Shown: positions 58,795 to 64,000 of the stretch, one piece after another
How positions within the stretch are numbered: the first letter of the stretch is position 1
How the letters are laid out: each line of letters begins with the position of its first letter
DNA from: Chlorokybus atmophyticus
Taxonomy: Eukaryota > Plantae > Mesostigma and Chlorokybus algae
NCBI GenBank assembly: GCA_009103225.1
Contig: RHPI01000140.1
Coordinates: 62,001-126,000, forward strand
DNA: 64,000 nucleotides
Direction of reading: 5' to 3'
Notes under the pieces: generated by a model
The model's database searches: none
What the model was told of the DNA's origin: nothing
The model's input: only the letters and a program-made list of their open reading frames with translations
Program-made: the position numbers and the translations under genes

Positions 58795-59765
58795 TTGTGG
58801 TGCTGTTGAGTCTGAGGTTGGGTGTCTATGGTGTATGTTGAGATGATGCAGTGATGGTGCCGGTGGTGTTGTGGTGGTGTGTTGTGCATAAATGCATGGT
58901 GGCCTGGCTGGAACAAATGACCCGAAAGACAATTGCGCATTCGCATCACACCACGCATGCAACACACCTCACAGCGCACGACACAGTGTGTACAGGAGGC
59001 AGAGGAGAGTGGAAACACACATGCAGATGTTGTGAATGACAGCAGTGGTGCACCATTTGCAAAAACAAACACGTGGCGTGCACATATACAGCATCAGTAC
59101 CAATGTGTCAAGTTATATGGGGTCTTGTCAGGCTTTTCCTTAATAACATAGACAAACCCTGCAACGGGGTGTATCCCGTGAAGTGTACCCGGGCATAGAC
59201 TGTCCATGTGTAGCTGATGCAGAGCAGCATTACAACGTAGCACTCAAGCAGGCATAACAGCAACAGAGCCAGGCAACAAGAAAGCGATTAAGCGGCAAGG
59301 ACAACTACACTATGTGCGGGCAAGAGGAGGGCGAGGGCGGGTGGGCAGCAATGCAGGGATAGAACAAGCGGCAAAACCGCAGCCAACCAGTAGCCGACCT
59401 GGCAGTACAGTAACCGGTTAGCCCAGGTCTGCTCAACACCAACACCAACGCAGCAGAGACGACAGCAGGGCAGGGCAGGCAGGGCAGGGGAGGGGATGGT
59501 GGGGCGGGATGCTGTGCTTGCAGTGTGCTGAATGTTGGCCGCCATGGCCGCCAGCAGCGGTCTCCGAACTGTTAGTGTAAAGCCGAAAGCCCGAACTGCA
59601 TGTGTATGTACAATTCAATGTATCAACCACTATAATCACCAGTATCTAGCACAGTGAGAGTCTGTAAGATGAGCCAGGCATAACAGCAACAATATGTTGC
59701 AAATGCAGTTGCACAGGCGTTTACATCATCTCTGCTCCAGTCCCAATGGTAGTACCATATTACAA

Positions 59766-60856
59766 CTACGAGTCCAAGAAGTTTGCCGCCATCAGCAGCT
59801 CCAGCGCAATCTCTGGTTCTATATGAAATTCAGGGAAGTCCTCCTCAGTGCTGCGACAAGCATCATGTGAATAAAGCGTCAACTGTGCGGAGAGTTTGCA
59901 TGTACGCACTACGTTCATGCGAGCTTGCATGTGTGCCTGCGCGTATGCATACGTACATCCATCTGATGCTTGTGCAAGCTCATCTTGATAACATGGCTTT
60001 AGCATAGTCTGATGAAATTACGTGCACTGACATCGCGCAGGCATGCGTGTACGAGTGCATGTGCATGTGTGCGTACAAGTTTGCAGCACACCTATTTGAG
60101 TAGCGCAGCTTGTAGTGGAAGTATTGGCACACTTTCTCCAGTATGGGTGTCGATATCTCCGGAAAGCGCACTTCACCTAACTCCGTCTCAGTGAAACTCC
60201 CTACCAGCATACACCGTTATACGCGTAACTGAATACACCACCGCAAGATTGCACAAATCAAGAGAAACATCCAGCCTAGCCTAGCAAGTGACTTACACAT
60301 AATGCACATAACATGATGTGGAGGACGTGTAAAACGTGTCAGTCGGCACTGGCTTGTATCAACAGCAAATTCAACACTAGCAACATCTAAGACAAAGTAA
60401 ACACATAACACACAACCAAGTCTGTGCAGCTGTGCACATGCACCAACAGGCCACTGCTGGCCGCTAATTCCTTCCATATCGGTGTTTTTTATGCACAGTC
60501 CAGCGCTTCAATTACTCCCGTCATTAATGAGCAGCACCAGCATTTTTGACACCAACAACAACCACCACAATTATGACGACTTTGATGATGCTGATGATGC
60601 TGATGATGATGCTTTCGCTGATGACACGGCAATGTTGACGACCACAACCAATAACGATGATGTTGGTAATAATTCTGTTGATGATGCCATTGACCATAAC
60701 AATGCGAACAATAATTAAGATGATGATCGCAGTTGACTTCTCACCTGATGACGAGAGCATGTTTTTGATGGTGTTTGAGACCATGGCTGCGCGCTTGTCC
60801 ACGACGAACTCAAACCCCTCCGCACTTATCAGCTTCACCGTCTCAACAGCCGCCAT
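59766..60856 (-). CDS. ELOC: Elongin C
   Basis: VKLISAEGFEFVVDKRAAMVSNTIKNMLSSSG|SFTETELGEVRFPEISTPILEKVCQYF|...FPEFHIEPEIALELLMAANFLDS*. Confidence 0.97.
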
Positions 60857-61550
60857 GAGGGGGAGAGGCGAGCTGGCAGGATGGGTTAGAGTGAGACTGT
60901 TTGGTTGAGGAGGAGTGTGAGACACAGAGTGTACACAGAGTGGCCAGACGACGTAGGGTGCTCGAGACAACAGCATGCAAATATACAGCACAAATGCAAC
61001 ATCAAAACGGAAAAAGGTGTGTGAAACTAAACAGCTAGTCGCACAGACAGAACACGCGACAAACCATCAAAGAACAACCAGGCCGGTAACCAAGCAAGCC
61101 AGCAAGCAAACAACCACATACACAAGCAACAACAAACAGACAGAAATAACAGCAGGTGTCGTACCTTTAAGCACGGGAACAGGCGGCGCTTGATAGCCTA
61201 GAGCAATCACAGTAACCAACACTGTCAAATCAAGCTAAGAACGCAGAACCTTGGGGAGTTGATGAAGCTGTCCAATGGGCTCGTTATCACAACCATAACG
61301 CAAAGGCACACTTCCACCTTCAAGGCAAGCGAGCAGCAACAAGCGTTACAGTAGAGCCTGCTGAATGCCAATGCATAGACTGGGAAGTATGCGGCTTGTG
61401 CGAAGGAGGCACAAGCCGCACTATTGCAGGAGCGCCACGTAAGCAGCAGTGATCTCCCGCCAAAACCCGCAGGCGGCGGCGGCTGACTAGGAGCAGGAGG
61501 AGGAGGACGAGAAGCAGGAGTCCGGCAGGAGTTGGAGGAGGTGAGGGAGG

Positions 61551-64000
61551 ATGGCGCCGGTGAGGGCGACGAGGAGGCGGACGCGAGCTGCGAAGGAGGA
61601 GGCTGAGCTGGAGAAGGAGGAGGACGAGGCAGCTAAGGTCGAGGACGACGCGGAGAACGACTATGAGGCGCTGCGGGAAGAGCGCATGCGGAAGAACCGG
61701 CAGGTGGTTGTTGTCATCGTCGTTGTTTTTGTCGTGGGCAATGCATGCTTAGTACAGGTCGGCCCAGCCTAGAGCAAGCATGCAAGTGGGGTTTGGATTG
61801 ACACTTGCTTTCATGCTTGGCAAAACCAAGTCGCCACCAATACTTGACAAAACAACGTTATACACACGTCCAGCTTGCAACACTTTCCTGCTTACACGCC
61901 CAGGCATGCCGCTGTGCTGTTCAGTCAATTGAACATCACACGCACTATGGTAACAGAACGGTGCACGCTATCAGACTGTGCTGCATTTGTTGCACAAAGT
62001 GCATAGTACTGCAGCACCATCACTTGTTGTTCAGTGCACATGGAGTGAAGCACGCGTTGATGGACTTGCAGCGCAGTATACTGTCCATTGCTATAATTGT
62101 GTCAGTGGAACAGCGTGGTGTTTTCACTTTCTATTGCATGCTTTCGGTGCATTGCCACTCGTCCTCCCTATTTGAATATAATTAACACCTGGCTTCGTTC
62201 TTTCTATGCATTGCCTGCATGAGCGCTGGTAGTATAGCACACATACATTGCCTGCAAGAGCAGTGTACATGAAAGTGCATGTATTACTCTGCACTTGCGC
62301 AACCACTGCATGTATCGAATTATTGCTGTACGCTTGACACGTTGAAGTTGTTCTTGTTGTTGTCGTTGTCTTTCTCATCAATGCGATCGTACAATTGACA
62401 ACATGACGCAACTTCCCAGGTCATGGAGTCCCTCAATCTGGTCGCTGCAGCTGAAAGACTCAAGGCTCTTAAACCCAAGTAAGAACACTCAACACCCTCA
62501 TATCTTTACCTCATCATCATCATATTTATCATGATCGTCATCTTGAATATTACCATCAGGCCACAGCAAACCAAGGCTCAAACCAAGCGGCCTGCTCCTT
62601 CGGCCGAGCCGTTGCGCCGCTCACTTCGCACGCGCAACATTGCTCCTCCGGATGGCGCCGATGGGTCCGCTGCCGCCCATGACACCGTGCTTGCCGCAGC
62701 GGAGGTAGCAGTGGGTGTGCGCGCATGTTGGCTTTTGGGCGTGTGCGTGTGCATGCTTGACTGCGCGCGCGTTCATGCGTGCATTTTTGGTACGCCATTG
62801 TAACGTATGGTGTGGTAAGTTATGGTGATATTGAGCTGTGTTGCTCGCTGCAAATCACTACAGGACAGTACAGTGTGCGGGCCACAGTAGACTACGTACC
62901 AGACTGCACACTGCGTCATGCAAACTACAGTGCAGTGCCATGACATTGATTCACTAAGCCGCATGCCAACATGGTGCCACTCAGGACCCGCGCGAGAAGA
63001 GGTTGGAGGGCCCCGTGTCGTTGACTTTAACCGTCAATGATCTTTGGGACGACACCAGTTTAACCAGATTTGTAGCTGAGTTGCCCTCAAGGGTGGGTGA
63101 TCATAGTCAACGTCATGATGGGAATAATGACAAAAGTAGTGATTGGGATATAAGCGCGGTAGAGCTGCGGGGTTGGGGTGGCGACGACAATGCGCAGTAT
63201 TTGTCCCAACATAAAAGCTTCAAATGGGAGGATGTTGGTGTTAGGAAGGTTGTGCCAGAAAGGATATATTCCCTCACGCTTCACCCGTCTGCCGAGAAGG
63301 TATGTTGTTGAGGCGAGTTATGCATTGTCTGCAACCCCCACTCAGTTTGTACCACCAAACCTTGACGACAATTGTCGCTTGTCATACTGTTGTTTACAGA
63401 GTCTCTACATGAGTCATGTATCGTAAAACTGCACAACATAGGGGAACACATTATACGTGTGTGTGCAATGTTGCACATGGGCATATCAAGCATGGGTGTC
63501 TGCCTGTGTAGATGTATTATGTAAGTGCATGTGCTGATGCATTTATGCCAGGTCTTGGCGGTGGCTGGGGACAAGTGGGGCCGCATAGGCTTCTTTGATA
63601 TCTCGTTAGCAACGCATGGTGGCGATACGGACGTGGTGTTGACGCTTAAACCACATTCACAGCCCGTCACGCAGATGACACATTCCAGAGACGGTATAAG
63701 AGAAAGTATTGTTTTGTGGTTGTATCTTTCGTATGTAAAACGACTTGTGTTCATGGACATAGAGTCATGGTGTGTGTTATTGTGTCTGATGCATGGCGAT
63801 TGACAGTGTATGCATGCCTTCTGTCAAGTACTCAAACCACAATGCCAGCTTCATGACAAAGCAGTACTGGTAACTGACAGTGCGTGTGCAGGCTCGAAGT
63901 TATATAGTGTGAGTTATGATGGAACCGTGCGCTGTCTGGACTACAAACAGCCGGTGTTTCATGAAGTCCGCGTCATGGAGGAATGGCTCACGTACGCATG
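61551..64000 (+). CDS. WDR76: WDR76/CMR1-like WD40 protein; 3' end runs off the window
   Basis: DYEALREERMRKNRQ, LRRSLRTR, RKVVPERIYSLTLHPS, VAGDKWGRIGFFD, KLYSVSYDGTVRCLD. Confidence 0.88.

Noticed and set aside
59288-59545. 85-aa hydrophobic ORF with good Kozak context
   Set aside because: Lies between convergent 3' ends, is low in complexity and has no recognisable family; insufficient support.

Overview
Gene-dense eukaryotic nuclear DNA from the green lineage, probably an early streptophyte alga. This is an inference from the LRR-RLK, PPD6, SDN, KYP-like SRA and DCD-Kelch genes and the short CA/TG-rich spliceosomal introns. About 17 genes are mostly arranged as head-to-head pairs: LRR-RLK, KYP-like SRA protein, fibrillin-like protein, XAP5/XCT, RING+Pumilio protein, RCC1-repeat protein, PPD6, a large carrier fusion, a small orphan, NOP16, an SDN exonuclease, an orphan membrane ORF, DCD-Kelch, COX5B, CMS1, IST1, Elongin C and WDR76. 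The standout is a minus-strand gene at 21198-25217. My hand splicing gives one frame of about 1086 aa: permuted NlpC/P60 papain-like amidase, two cNMP-binding domains, Aralar/citrin-type EF-hands and a three-repeat SLC25 carrier. Also notable are a RING-PUF fusion with a natural SYxxR repeat, a SET-less SRA protein with an altered methyl-C pocket, a 2.2-kb inverted duplication whose arms contain gap-spanning (AG)n arrays, a dense hairpin cluster, and a frame-disrupting 20-nt duplication in DCD-Kelch. All exon boundaries and family assignments were made by eye and from memory of family motifs; no searches were run.
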